Origin: Callorhinchus milii
Lineage: Eukaryota
Length of the DNA stretch: 64,000 nucleotides
NCBI RefSeq assembly: GCF_018977255.1
Contig: NW_024704743.1
Coordinates: 84,694,001 to 84,758,000, forward strand
Direction of reading: 5' to 3'
Every line of letters starts with the position of its first letter. The first letter of the stretch is position 1. This document shows positions 1 through 12,514 of this stretch, in pieces. Both the position numbers and the translations under genes were made by a program. The notes below the pieces were generated by a model, which saw only the letters and a list, made by a program, of their open reading frames with translations, was not told the DNA's origin and ran no database searches.

Positions 1-276
1 ATCACACGAGAAAGAAGGTACAACGTGCTGCTTCCTGATAGATAGCGAGTGCTGAGGTTTACACTGAGTCATCATCAGTTAATACATCCACCCCCGATGC
101 ACAGATTATTATAACGAATGCAGTTAAAAAATCCCAAAGAAACTCAATCCAATTCCGACAAGGCGGTCACCTTGAAACCGACACCTCAATGACTCCACAC
201 CTTCACATTTGGATTGTTTTGAGAATTATTTTGCAAAAACGTTTGATTTCGTATTCCTCCAAATATCTTATTCTTG

Positions 277-282
<6 letters not shown>

Positions 283-318
<36 letters not shown>
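283..318 (+). repeat. (CA)n microsatellite
   Basis: Perfect CA run, preceded by tgtgcgcg so that purine-pyrimidine alternation starts at about 275. Confidence 0.95.
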
Positions 319-321
<3 letters not shown>

Positions 322-3300
322 CTGAATATGCACGAGAAAGGAGATGTCATTGTGAATGGTAATATATTTTATAATCTTTATGTATACATTTACGATTTAC
401 GAGAATTTTGTCGTTAACTATTGGTGAATTAAAGCAGGAAACACATATGTTCTGACTGGACTGTGTGTGTGGGGTGGGGGGTTCCCAAATGTAACAGCTG
501 AAATGTGTTTTGACATGCTTTTCGCACACTGCTGTTTCAGGTCTCTTAAAAGTTACTGAAGAGAAAACCGATTGCTGTCCATTTATTAACAAGTATAAGG
601 AAGAGATATATGATACAGCACACAGCATAATTTAAACCAAATGCAAAATGAACTTCCACCATTTGGGTGAAACACAAATCATGTGCACATGAACACCCAT
701 TTGATTTTTTTTTAAAAAATTGTCAACGGGGCAATTCATTTTAAAAAAAAAGTAAAATGCAGGAAATACTTCAGCTACCTGCTGGGAGATTTATTGGAAT
801 TTTATTACTACCATAAATTATTCACTCACAGTTTCACTAGTGTGATCTGTTTTAAAATGCATGCGTTAAAATATGTAGGTTGTGGCTGCAACGTCGCGTT
901 CTCTTCTACTAAAGTCCGGTGTTTTGACTTGAACGGTGAAACGATTTTGATCATCTTATTACAGAAGTTCCTCCCGTATTACTCGAATGCAAAGTTATCC
1001 TTTCAGAATGGGGTTCCCTGTCTAAAGTCGTAACAAAAATCCCAAGAAGCGCTATTCGGGGAATTTAAGATCTATTTCTTTTAAAGATTTAGAAGTTACT
1101 GTCAGCTGCACAGTTTGGGAAACGTGGCTTAATCCGAGCAATGGATGTACAAACCCTTCTGTGCCACATGGATTGAACTGACATTGATAGAGACCTAAAG
1201 GCCACAGCCATGTGGAAGGCAACGATGTGTTTGAAGGACATTTATATCTCATTGGTCTTTAGTAATTCCAGCCCCAGGGGGGGAAAAACTGACGTTTTTC
1301 GATGAATGTATGGTGGGTTATGGTGGTTTGAAACATGGTAAGAAAACCCTCTTAAATTGCTACAATAGCTCGTTTTGATGAGGATTTTGTTCAGTGAGAA
1401 CAAGTACAGTCTTTACACTTCCTCACTCCCACCAGCAAGGGATCCGATTCAGTACCAGGATTGACACACTGTGCATTTATCAGCGATTCATGTAATATAA
1501 CGAGTTTGATGCTTGAGCAGAATCGTTATTTGTTAAATATTATTCCAAATGTGGAACATTTTGAGCGGTTACATTCCCAACATTTCACAACTATCACAAG
1601 CAAAGCTTTAGGAAAGGTCGCAAAACCCCTCCTCCCCCCCCCCCCCCCCAGCTCTGACAATGGACAAATGACAATACTTATAGCACATTCTCCAAATCTC
1701 TATGGATCCACCAGTTTGGGTTTCTGGAGTCAGCACATTGTAAAACGGAGAAATCTAAAACTAAGAACTGCCAAGTTGCATGGTTTCATAATGTTGCATG
1801 CCATCCCACAGCAATAAATGGTTAACAGAGAGCTACACTGGAAGCTATCACCGTGTGTTTGCAGAAAGTGCAAGAATGGAACAGCATGAAGCAATCCAGC
1901 AATGTGTATCTGCACACTTTCACACTCCCAGGGCTTGCAAGGTACAGCATCTCATTCAGCACCAGAAATAGAACAGCTCGACAAAATCTTCATTTTTCCT
2001 CTGGGCTGAACAATGGATCAATGGCATAATAAATAATGATATAATAATCCTTGCATTCGATAGAGTGCTTTTCACGTCTTCCAGACGTCTCAAAGCGCTT
2101 CACAGAATAGATTGTAAAGTGAATTGACTGTATATTTGTGGGCGAAACGTGGCAGCCAATTGAGCACAGCAGTGTCCCACAAACATATCATATTATTATA
2201 ATTGTAATGTATTATAACATATGATTATCATCGATTATCAAATGGTTGATTAAAATCTAAAAAGACCCACTGAAAGCATAATGGTTGCAAAGGTGTACTC
2301 GACTATTCATGTTTTGGAAAGACATTTCTGACCCGACAGAGCTGATCTAAAAGTAGAAAGGAACACATTGCAAATTGTTTTGGATTTTAAGATGTTTATT
2401 ATGATCACAGGTTTATTTTGTGTGAGAAATTGACCTAAATGTAGTTTTTTTAATATATAAATATGGTGACAAAATAATAACATATTACACTGATATGTTA
2501 TTTTATTTCTGAGTTTTTTTCCTAATGTTATTCCAAAAGAAATGATACTTTATGTTTAAATTCATCATCTCTATTTTAGGAGTTTCCTAAAGTGGCTGCC
2601 ATGTTTCACTCACAAAATATACGGTCAATTCACTTTACAGTGTATTCTGTGAAGGGCTTTGAGATGTCTCGAAGACGTGATAAGGCACTATATCAAATGT
2701 AAGATTTATTATTATTTCTGGTAATTAATTAATGGTGGTTAGGGCGTTTACCCACAAGGGACTGGCAATTTATGGGTTGTCATTGAAATTTGTCGTCTGG
2801 TTCATAGGATGGCTAGCACAGTATCTGAACAACTGTAGTTCAATCTCTGAATATAAATTCAAATCCAGTGAGAACTGTCATTGCAGATCTTAGCATGGAA
2901 ATGAATGAGGATTGTATACAAAATACATTTATTCAGTTTTAATCAAGTATCATGTAATGTGTGTATTAGTCCCAAGAAGAATATATCTAAATTTACACCA
3001 TAACCTGTCCTACAACAAGCCGGGACATGACATCAGGCATTCCAAACTGTTTCTTTCTTATCTATCAGAATGCTATTTGAATAGTATTAGTCATCTTGTG
3101 AGGGAAACAGAGGTAAATATATTGTTGAAAGGCTTAATTATATCAAATTAAACTAGGTCTTAATATATTTTAGATCAGTCGAAGCCAACCCGTGGCCTAC
3201 GAGCTGGAAGTGGTCTGTTAGGCCGTCAAGAAGTGCTCCACCCACCCGAACATTCGCACTAGTCTAGGTAAGTCCGTGTTCAATCGGTAGTGGGGTTTCA

Positions 3301-3399
3301 GTTTTTTCTTGATTGAATATTTCTTGATTTGTGGCATAATATTCAATCAAGAAAATTTAATTTGTTGGCTGACCATAAAATTTGGCCACCACTGTTTTA

Positions 3400-3950
3400 G
3401 GTTGTGGTTGTGAGTTCAAGCCCCACTTTGGGTCTTGGAATTGATACAATGGGATCCTGTGGAGTCCTGTAGCTCAGTGGTTAAAGAACCCGCCTTGCAA
3501 GCGAAAGGGCATGTGTTTGATTTCCGAGCAGGGCAAAAGTTGGGCAAGTTTCCTTACTCCATATGCCTCTGTTTACCTAGCAGTAAGTGGGAACCCGGTT
3601 GTTAGTCAATTGGCGCGTCACGTTTCCGGGGATAATAATCCCTTCAAAAAACTAATAATAATAATTTGGTCACTAAATCCACAATTGCTGTGTGCAATTG
3701 GCTGCTGAGTTTCACCTACAAATATACAGTCAGTTCACTTTAAAATATATTCTGTGAAGCGCTTTGAGGTATTTTGACATGATGAGGTACTATATCAAAT
3801 ACAAGGATTATTATTATTGTAGTCGAGGCTGACACTCTAAAACAGACCTGGGCTCATGATGCATTGCATCCTTCAGGTGAGATGTTAAACTAAGTTCCCC
3901 TCTGTCTGTTCAGGTACATGCTAAAGATTCTGTGGCACTATTTAAAAGAA
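3400..3950 (+). mobile_element. Older Deu-domain SINE remnant split by the SINE at 3461-3818
   Basis: ttgtgagttcaagccccac..cttggaat (3408-3440) resumes after 3818 as gctgacactc..gagatgttaaact..tctgtctgttcaggtacatgctaaagattctgtggcactatt. Colinear with the uninterrupted copy at 11570-11995. Confidence 0.7.
3461..3818 (+). mobile_element. tRNA-derived SINE, long variant (tRNA-Ala-like head, CORE-like segment, Deu-like segment, L2-type tail)
   Basis: Head GGAGTCCTGTAGCTCAGTGGTTA (A box), then ttgggcaagtttccttactcc..tgcctctgtttacctagcagtaagtggg, then aattggctgc, ending caaggattattattatt. Matches other copies in the window. Confidence 0.9.
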
Positions 3951-4657
3951 GATAACAACAAATTACATTTATATATCACCTTTCACATCAGAAGGCTGTC
4001 CCAAGATGATGGATAGTCGACGGTTTACACCTGAGCTCCAGGTTGGAATCAAGAGTAGTGGAGGGTAGGGAGGTGGGGATGGGAGGATGGCCAAAGGCAC
4101 ATTCAAAGAGTTGTAGTGATCACACTGCATCCAACTAGAATTTGCTAGAAGAAACATAGATCAGCGATTAAACCATGACCTTCCTGGTTGTGTGGGTGGT
4201 TGCACTTACCTGTCGAGCCATCAAGCAGTTGTGTTCCAGATATTTAAAATAAGAATACCTGAATATTTTTAATATTAGGTTACAAGTGCTTTGATTTTTT
4301 ATCCAACCATAGCTGTTATCATGGCAACAAGGCCTTTGCTACCATGACAACAATACAACAATGTGTTTACAAGCTATATTTAACCCTTTAATATTTCTAT
4401 TTTTAAATTGGTCACTTCCTTTCCATTAGATGTTATTTTGTCATCTTATTAATCCTTGCATTTGATATAGCATCTTGCCTATAGCAACATTTGATACATC
4501 ACTTGTTTTGTGGGCAAAACATGGTAGCCAATTTGTGCATAGCAATGTCCCACAAACATCCATGGAGTGATCCATTTTATTTAGGGAATTTGTTGGCCTC
4601 TTATCTCTCTCTCTTAGACACTTGAAAAATCTAGAACAAATTACTTTTGTGATATAT

Positions 4658-4976
4658 TAATAAGAATAATCTTTGATACAGCGCTTTTCACGTCTTCGAG
4701 ATGTCTCAAAGCACTTCACAGAATATACTGTAAAGTGAATTGACCGTATATTTGTAGGCGAAATGCGGCAGCCAATTGGGCACAGCAGCGTCCCACAAAA
4801 AGTCTTGGATTGAGTGACCAAATTATTATCGGGTTTTCTTTCTTGAAGGATTATTATTAGGCGTGTGGAGCAAGGAAATTTGCTGAAGATTTCGCCCTGC
4901 CAGGAATTAAACTCAGGCCTCTCATTTGCTCTCTCGTTTGCGAGGCGAGTGCTCTAGCCGCTGACCAACAGGACTC
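4658..4976 (-). mobile_element. tRNA-derived SINE, short variant
   Basis: Reverse complement of the 42248-42554 family from tail to head (ending ..caggactc). Small internal duplication (ctctc[a/g]tttgc) in the anticodon arm. Confidence 0.88.
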
Positions 4977-5819
4977 TGCGTCCTGTATATTGTTATAGTA
5001 TACTGTAAACTGAGTATCTCAGTATAAAGGTTGAAGCAGGAAAGGCAGCAGAACAACAACAGCACTTTACATTTCTTTAGCGCCTTTCAGAAAGACATCT
5101 CAAACCATTCACTTGCAGCCTGAGATGGGATGGGGCAGGATAGGGGGAGCTGAGGGGATGGCTGAACGCATGGTCTTAGACAGGTTTAGAAGACATGTAG
5201 GGAGGAGGCAAGATGGAGGGATTCCAGGGAGTTCCAGAAAGCAATGACAGAATAGCGAAGAGGGTGTGTGTGAATAGCGACGGGGGTGTGAGAGTCACTG
5301 CTGGGGAAGAGTGACTGTGGGGGGGCTAATCATGGGCCAGGTGTAGGGAGGTGACTGTGTGTATGTATGTGTGTGTCGGGGGCTTACAGTCTATGGATGG
5401 GCGTCAGGTTGTTGACTATAGGGGGTCTGTGTGTGTGGGGGATGTGTCTGTGGGGAGGTGTGAAGTTGATATCTGTGTGTGGGAGGTGACTGTGTGGGTG
5501 TGGGCGTGCGGGGATGTCTGTGTGGGATTGATAAGGGGTAGGGGGTGACAGTCTGTAGGGGGGGGGGGTGAGAATGACTTGTATGTGGTGACTGTTATGG
5601 GGGCCTTGTGTGATGTTGGTGTGTATAGGGGGTTGGGGTCTGTGTATGTGGGGATGGGGTGGGGGGAGACTCTGTGTGTGTGTGTGTGTGTGTGTGTGGT
5701 GACAGTCTGTGGTATGTGTGAGCTTGGTGTGGTGACTGTGCAGACACCAAAACTCTGCAATTATCTGCCTCAGTCAGTCTGCCTTCACATCCCACCTAAA
5801 GATCTTCCTTTTTGATCTT

Positions 5820-6376
5820 GTGTGTGTGTGTGGGGGGGGCTGTGGGGGCTGTGTGTGGGGGGGGGGCCTATGTGTTATGTGTGGGGGGTGCTGTTGTGTG
5901 TGGTGGGGGGGCTGTGTGTGTGTGTGTGGGGGGGATGTGTGGTGTGGGGGGGGGCTGTGTGTGGGGGGGCTATGTGTGGGGGGGGCTGTGTGTGTGGGGG
6001 GGGCTGTGTGTGTGTGTGGGGGGGGGGGGGGGGGCTGTGTGTGGGGGGGTGCTGTTGTGTGTGTGGGGGGGCTGTGTGTGTGTGGGGGGTGTGGGGGGTG
6101 TGTTGTGGGGGGGGGGCTGTGTGTGTGAGGGGGGCTTGTGTGGGGGGGCTGTGTGTGTGGGGGGGCTGTGTGTGTGGGGGGGGGGGCTGTGGGGGGGGCT
6201 GTGGGGGGGGGGGCTGTGGTGGGGGGCTGTGTGTGTGGGGGGGCTGTGTGTGTGGGGGGGCTGTGTGTGGGGGCTGTGTGGTGGGGGGTGCTGTGTGTGT
6301 GTGGGGGCTGTGTGTGTGTGGGGGGGCTGTGTGTGGGGGGGCTGTGTGTGTGGGGGGGCTGTGTGTGTGTGTGTGT
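5820..6376 (+). repeat. G-rich minisatellite, variable unit about (G)5-10 CT(GT)n
   Basis: Dozens of tandem GGGGGGGCTGTGTGT-like units. A degenerate GT/G-rich lead-in runs from about 5260 to 5740. Confidence 0.93.
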
Positions 6377-6394
6377 GATTTTCCCAGATGTATT

Positions 6395-6706
6395 ATAATT
6401 AATAATCTTTGCATTTGATATAGCGTTTTTCACGTCTTCTAGACATCACAAAGCGCTTCACAGAAAACAGTGCAAAGTGAATTGACTGTATATTTGTGGG
6501 CAAAACGTGGCAGCCAATTGTGCACAGAAGTGAACCACAAACAGTCATGGACTGAAGTGACCAATTTATTATTGCGTTTTTTCTTGAGGAATTATCATCA
6601 GGCGTGTGGAGTAAGGAAACTTGCCCAAGGTTTTGTGCTGCCAGGAATCAAACTTAGGTCACTCATTTGCAAGGCGAGTGCTCTTACCACTGATCTACAG
6701 GACTTC
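6395..6706 (-). mobile_element. tRNA-derived SINE, short variant
   Basis: aataatctttgcatttgatatagcg...gcaaggcgagtgctcttaccactgatctacaggacttc is the reverse complement of the family sequence. Confidence 0.9.
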
Positions 6707-7371
6707 CCACTAACAGTATTACATCCTGTTATATCAATGGAATTTTATAAAGTTTGTTTATTTGGAAACTAGTATTGCAATGTTTCTTGTAACCTGTATT
6801 TGGTGGGATTGAGACAGGTTAGATGTTATTTATTTTGTGTAAAAATAAGATGCTATCTTGTGTGAAGGGAACTATACAAAGGCAAGTTGTTATTGTTCTT
6901 TATTCAGTTGCATTTCACACAGAAAAAACAGTTCAATGTTTTGAAAACAAAGTTGTATCACTTCAATAACAATTAAAACAATGGTAGGGTCAGATGCACA
7001 GAATTCTGTTTGTATGCTTCTAAGCATGGTGTTGGGTTTCCACCGTGTGTCAGGCACCCAGCTAACCTAAAAAACTTTCAATATTTCCCCAGCGTTTGTA
7101 ATCTTTGCATTTGGTAGAGCATCTTTAACCCTGGAATGTCTGAAAACACTCAACTGAAAATTATCAGGTGGAGCCACTGTGTAGGCAACATGGAAGCCAA
7201 TTTACAGATAGTAATGTCCCAAAAGGCAGCCATGAAACAAATAACCAATGTATCAGAAAGTTCTGTGTCCAGGACACCAGCAGAAACTCCCTTCTTTTCA
7301 AATAGCGCCATGGGATCTTTAAGACGCAACTAAACAGTCAGATAGTTTAACAGCTCTTCTGAAGGGCAGCA

Positions 7372-7396
7372 NNNNNNNNNNNNNNNNNNNNNNNNN
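7372..7396. other. Assembly gap (run of N)
   Basis: 25 N characters. Confidence 0.99.
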
Positions 7397-8015
7397 ACAG
7401 CCCCCACAGCCCCACACACACACACAGCCCCCCCCAACACACACACCACAGCCAGCCCCCCCCACAACACACACAGCCCCCACAGCCCCCCCACACACAC
7501 ACACCCCCCCCACACACACACACACAGCCCCCCCCCCACACACACACACACACAGCCCCCCCCACACACACAGCCCACACACACACCCACACACACACAC
7601 ACACCCCACCACACACACACAGCCCCCCCCACACACACACACAACAGCCCCCCACACACACACACACAGCCCCCCCCACACACACACACAGCCCCCCCCA
7701 CCCCACACACACACACACAGCCCCCCCCCACACACACACAGCCCCCCCACACACACACAGCCCCCCACACCACACACACACACAGCCCCCCCAGACACAC
7801 ACACACAGCCCCCCCACACACACACACAGCCCCCCACACACACACAGCCCCCCCCCACACCAGCCCCCCCACACACACACCCCCCCACACCACAGCCCCC
7901 CACCCACACACAGCCCCCCACACCCCCCCACACACACACAGCCCCCCCACACACAGCCCCCCCACACACAGCCCCCCCCCCCACACACACAGCCCCCCCA
8001 CCACAGCCCCCCCCC
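7397..8015 (-). repeat. Same minisatellite in opposite orientation, (CA)n GCCCCCCC units
   Basis: Tandem CACACACAGCCCCCCC units, the reverse complement of those at 5820-6376. Confidence 0.93.
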
Positions 8016-8684
8016 TATGATTTTTCTAGTTGGGGAAATTTATGATTTTTCTAGTTGGGGAAATTATTTTTGTGCTTGATGATCTGAATGTTTTTTCAGT
8101 CGATGCATCTTAATGGAGTTGAAGGATACACTATGTTTACAATTTCTCATTTAGAGTGTACAGTGAGCTGGAACTTGTATCTGATTTGGTGGAAACTATG
8201 AAAAATAAATGGGGGAAAAAAAATCTTGAAGTTGGCATTTGCAGGCAAGTAGCAGCTGGGAAATGCAGGAATGATTAACTTTTGAATCATTATTCAATAA
8301 TTACCTCATTGCTATTATAAGCAAGGAGATTAAAAAATGGATGACTTCTGTGTCATCAGGTTGCTGCACTGTGCACAAGAAATGGTGCTAATTAGTGACT
8401 CTTTCTGAGCAAAGAATACAAGAAGTGACCTCTGTGGTGACTTAATGACCTGGAAGTCGGCTTTTTTAGCGTGGCAAGTTGGCTGGTCAGCATGAGAACT
8501 TGGCTGCGCATTTGCTGAAGTGCCTTTCACGTCAGGATGCCTCATAGGATGTACTCTAAAGCGTAGTAACTGTATTTTAGAGACAAGGGTGGCAGCCCAT
8601 TTGTGCACAGCGATGTCTCAGAAACAGCCGTGAGGTGAATGACCAATTTTATTTGGGGGTTGTTGGCCAGGACATCAGGGTGCA

Positions 8685-10336
8685 TCCTCCCTTCTGCACC
8701 CCCCAGACCATCTACACCACACCCTGCTTCTGCCATGGCCCCTACCACTCCCACCTTCCTAAACTCCTTTGTCCCGATTACTCCCCACTCCCTCTAGACC
8801 ACCATCTCCCAGGTGAAGCCCATCACCTGCTGCCTCAACCCCTCCCCACTCAATTGCTGGTCGCCCAGCTCCCTTCCCCTCTCTGCTGTTGGCTGATGCA
8901 GTCAACCAGTCACTCTCCTCAGGTTCTGTTCCTCTCCCCCCTCAAAATCCCTGTCATTACTCCCCTCCTCAAATAACACACCCTGATCCCTCCAACCTCA
9001 CAATTTACGGTCCCATTTATAAACCTGCCCTTCCTTGCCAAAGCTCTGGAACGCATTATCACTAACTAACTAGCTTTGCTGATACCTCTCCCTCCTCGAG
9101 CTCCTCCAATCTGGTTTCCACCCTGTCCACAGACAGCGACAGTGCTTGTCAAGGTCATAAATAACCCCTCTCTTTATGACCAGAACTCCCTCTGCCTTCT
9201 CGTCCTCCTGGATCTCAGCTGCGATTCGACACAGTCAACAAAGCCATCCTCATCCACCGTCTCTCCTCCCTCATCCACCTCAGTGGGGCTACACTATCCT
9301 GGTTAGAGTCCTACCTAGCAAACCACCTCCACTTTGTCTCTTCAAAAGGTTTCTCCTCATGCCTCTGCCTGGTCACCATTCCATTCTTGGCCCCCTCCTT
9401 TTCCTCATCTATATGCTCCCTCTTGGCGATGTCATCCACAGACACGGGATAAACTTGAAAATATATGCGGATGACACACAAATCTGCTTTTTCTCCTTCA
9501 GCTACGACTCCAGGTCCACCGATGTTCTATCAGCTTGTCTGTCAGGGTCTGGATGACTGCAAACTTCCTACAACTAAATATTGACAAGACTGAAGCCATA
9601 CTCATTGGCTTCCGCCACCGTGTTCTGTCCTGCGGCTCTGATCTCTCCGCCTCCCTGGCCTATCCCTCAGATTTACCAGACCTAAGGTTCAGGTTCGACC
9701 CACAGTTGTCCTTCCTTCCCCACATCCGGTACCTGAGCAGACTACCTTCCTCCACCTTTGCCACGTTATCCGCCGCCGACCGTACCTTACCCCAGATGCA
9801 GCTGAAACACTCATCCATGAATTTGTCACCTCTCGACTTGACAAATGCCTCTTCGCTGGTCTCCCCAGCAGAGGATCCAGCTGATCCAAAACTCTCCTGC
9901 CTGGATACTCACCTGCACTAAGCTCTATACCCCTATCCCACCAGTTCTAGCCAGGCTCCACTGGCTCCCTGTTGCTGAACCGATTGATTTCAAGATCCTC
10001 GCACTCATTTTCAAATCCCTTCATGCCCTGGCACCTCCCTATCTCTCCGACCTTATCTCCAACCCACTGCCTCCACTTGACTGGCTCCAGCCTTCTACAT
10101 GTCCTTCATACCTTCGTTCCACCATTGGCGACTGTGCTTTCAGCCACTATGACATTCTTCTTCCATCCCTCTGCTTTGCCCCTTCCTTCCCCGTCTTCAG
10201 GTTGTGCCTGAAGATCTTCCTCTCCAACCATACCTACGGTCACCTCCCCCCGGCTCAGTGTTGTGCTCTGCCACTAGCAAGCGCTCTAGGACGCTACCCT
10301 GCTTGAGGGACGCTATATAAATGCAATTTGTTGTTG
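8685..10336 (+). mobile_element. Decayed L2-clade LINE, 3' part of ORF2 (reverse transcriptase) plus tail
   Basis: Frameshifted RT motifs LLVLLDLS, SILGPLLFLIYMLPLGDVI, YADDTQI, WMTANFLQLNIDKTEAILIG and LHWLPV..IDFKIL. Ends ctatataaatgcaatttgttgttg. Confidence 0.93.
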
Positions 10337-11569
10337 AGTTTACTATAGTGCAGTGGAATCTTTAACACCTGCCTGACCAGGTAGACAGAACCTCAGTTTA
10401 AGGAGATATAAAACCTTTCGAAACCTCACCTGTATAGTATAATAGTAACTAGCATTTGTTTACTCTGATTATTGGCATGATTTGAAAACTGCTAAATATT
10501 TAAACTCTCCTTGCCTTTTAAAATGCTCCCATCATTTTAATAAAATAAACTATCCCTGTGTATTGGGTATTAATAATAATATTAATAAGCCTTGCATTTG
10601 ATATTGTGCCTTATCATGTCTTTGAGACATCTCAAAGCACTTCACAGAATATACTATTGGATTCAGTCTGAATACAGCTTAGTGTGGAAATAAGAGTTTT
10701 TCATCTTATTCATAATGTTTCCTTTTGTGATGTATATGCAGATTTTTTTTAGTACTCTTATGGATCTAACCAGGAGCAAATAGTACATAAGTCTACTTTC
10801 TGTGTCAAAAGCAGGCCTTAAATTTGAGGTTCAGACAAGAAGTGGGAATGCACAGGTCAAAAATGCACAATGACATAATAGAAGCTGAAAAGTAACTTGT
10901 ACGAGTATATCATGCATTACAAAAGTGTGTGTTACACGGTTTGTAAAACTACACACAAAGCTTCTTGTGTGTAAGAGCATAATAAAATGAGTATGTATTG
11001 GTGTTAGAATGTGTTTACTGGACCATTCAACCACTCGTATGCTTTTTATCGCTACATGTCTTTGCCAAAAACAACTTGCGTTTATATAGCACCCGTCACG
11101 CAAGGTAGTGCTTAACAGTGGCAGAGCCTGAAGCTGAGCTGGGGAGTGGTGCCTGCAGGCACAGTTTAAGAGGAAGGTCTTAAGGTGTGATCTGTTATTG
11201 GGGAAGGAAGTGCAAGGCGGAGGAGTTGAGGGAGAGACTTCCAGACCTTTGGGGTGTTGTAGCTGAAAGTATGGCTAACCAATGCTAATTTTAGGTATTT
11301 TGTCTCAGCAGAGCAATACTAATTTCAGGCCTTTTAACTGCATTGATTATACTGTACTGAGGTTTCCATATGCAACATAGCTCTGCTTGGTAATACTAAA
11401 ACAGTAAGCTGCTTTTCTGTATAAAACCCTCTGATGGAGAAATTTCAGGACTGGATCTGATTTCAAGAGGATTTTTAAAAATAATAACCTAAGTTTTCCA
11501 ATAGTTCATCTGGCATCCATATGCACAAGTTCAGGTGAATCTTGGCTGATTTTAAACTGAGATGTATGT

Positions 11570-11995
11570 CAGCCTGGCGCAGTGAGTGGTAGTCAGAAAG
11601 TTGTGAGTTCAAGCCCCACATCGGGACTTGGAATCACGTAGATGACACTCCAAAGCAGTGCTGGGGGTGTGTTGCATGGTTGGCGGTGCCGTTCTTTGGA
11701 TGAGACATTTAAACTGAAATTCCATCTGCCTGTTCAGGTGGATGTTAAAAGATCCCATCGCACTATTCAGAAAGAGAAGGGAGTTTCTCCTGGCCAACAA
11801 TCTCCCCCCCACACCCCCTCTTCCCCAAATAAAATTGGTCACACACCATTTGCTGTTTGTGGAATATTGCTATGTGTAACTGGCTGCCATGTTTCACCCA
11901 CAGTGAATCCACTTTACAGTATATCCTAAGAAGCTCTTTGAAAAGTTTCAATAATGTGATAAGGTGCTACATCAAATGCAAATATAATTATTAAT
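11570..11995 (+). mobile_element. Older Deu-domain SINE (SacSINE1/AmnSINE1-like), near full length
   Basis: tRNA-like gagttcaagcc B box, then ctgcctgttcaggtggatgttaaaagatcccatcgcactatt, then gctgtttgtggaatattgctatgtgtaactggctgcc, then an L2-type tail. Family assignment is from recollection of the Deu domain. Related copies at 12515, 24540, 29280 and 44955. Confidence 0.75.
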
Positions 11996-12514
11996 AAATT
12001 CATATAGCATAGTATGACTGGCTCTCAGTCATCAAGAAAGCTCTCCCAAAATGTATTTTTCTCACACTACAGGTGTACTTTCCTGCAGGGGTATTCTGCT
12101 GTCATGCTTGCTCCTGGCTCGGAGGCATTGACAACAATTTGCATTTATATAGTGCCCTTCATGTACAGTTGTGATTTGAAGCACTTCAGAGACAATGCCG
12201 TGCACTGAGTGGATGGGGTGGGGTGAAAGGATACTATATTTCTTCTTCACAAGACCTTGTGTAATGACAAGATTGAGGCTGATGTGGATGGGAGAAGTTA
12301 ATGTAGAGGGTGAACTTCAGGTTGGTGAGGAAAGCAGACAAATCCAAGGAGATTAACTTATCCATAACCGCGATGCCAGCAGCCATGATAAAACAGTCAA
12401 ATTCCATATTGCTGCACATTCTAGTCTTCACTGGGCTACCTGTATCCCAGTGGATTGATTTCAAAGTCCTCAACCTTGCCTACAAATACTTTTGTGCCTA
12501 GCGCCCCCTATCTG

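Noticed and set aside
3285..3393. Possible hAT-type MITE with CAGTGGTGG-like termini around the 18-bp palindrome
   Set aside because: The termini match only 7 of 9 positions and no 8-bp target-site duplication is visible.
5774..8004. Long Gly/Val/Cys- and Pro/His/Thr-rich ORFs (180-224 aa) in many frames
   Set aside because: These are translations of the stop-free G/T minisatellite. They are open in nearly all frames on both strands and have no splice or domain support.
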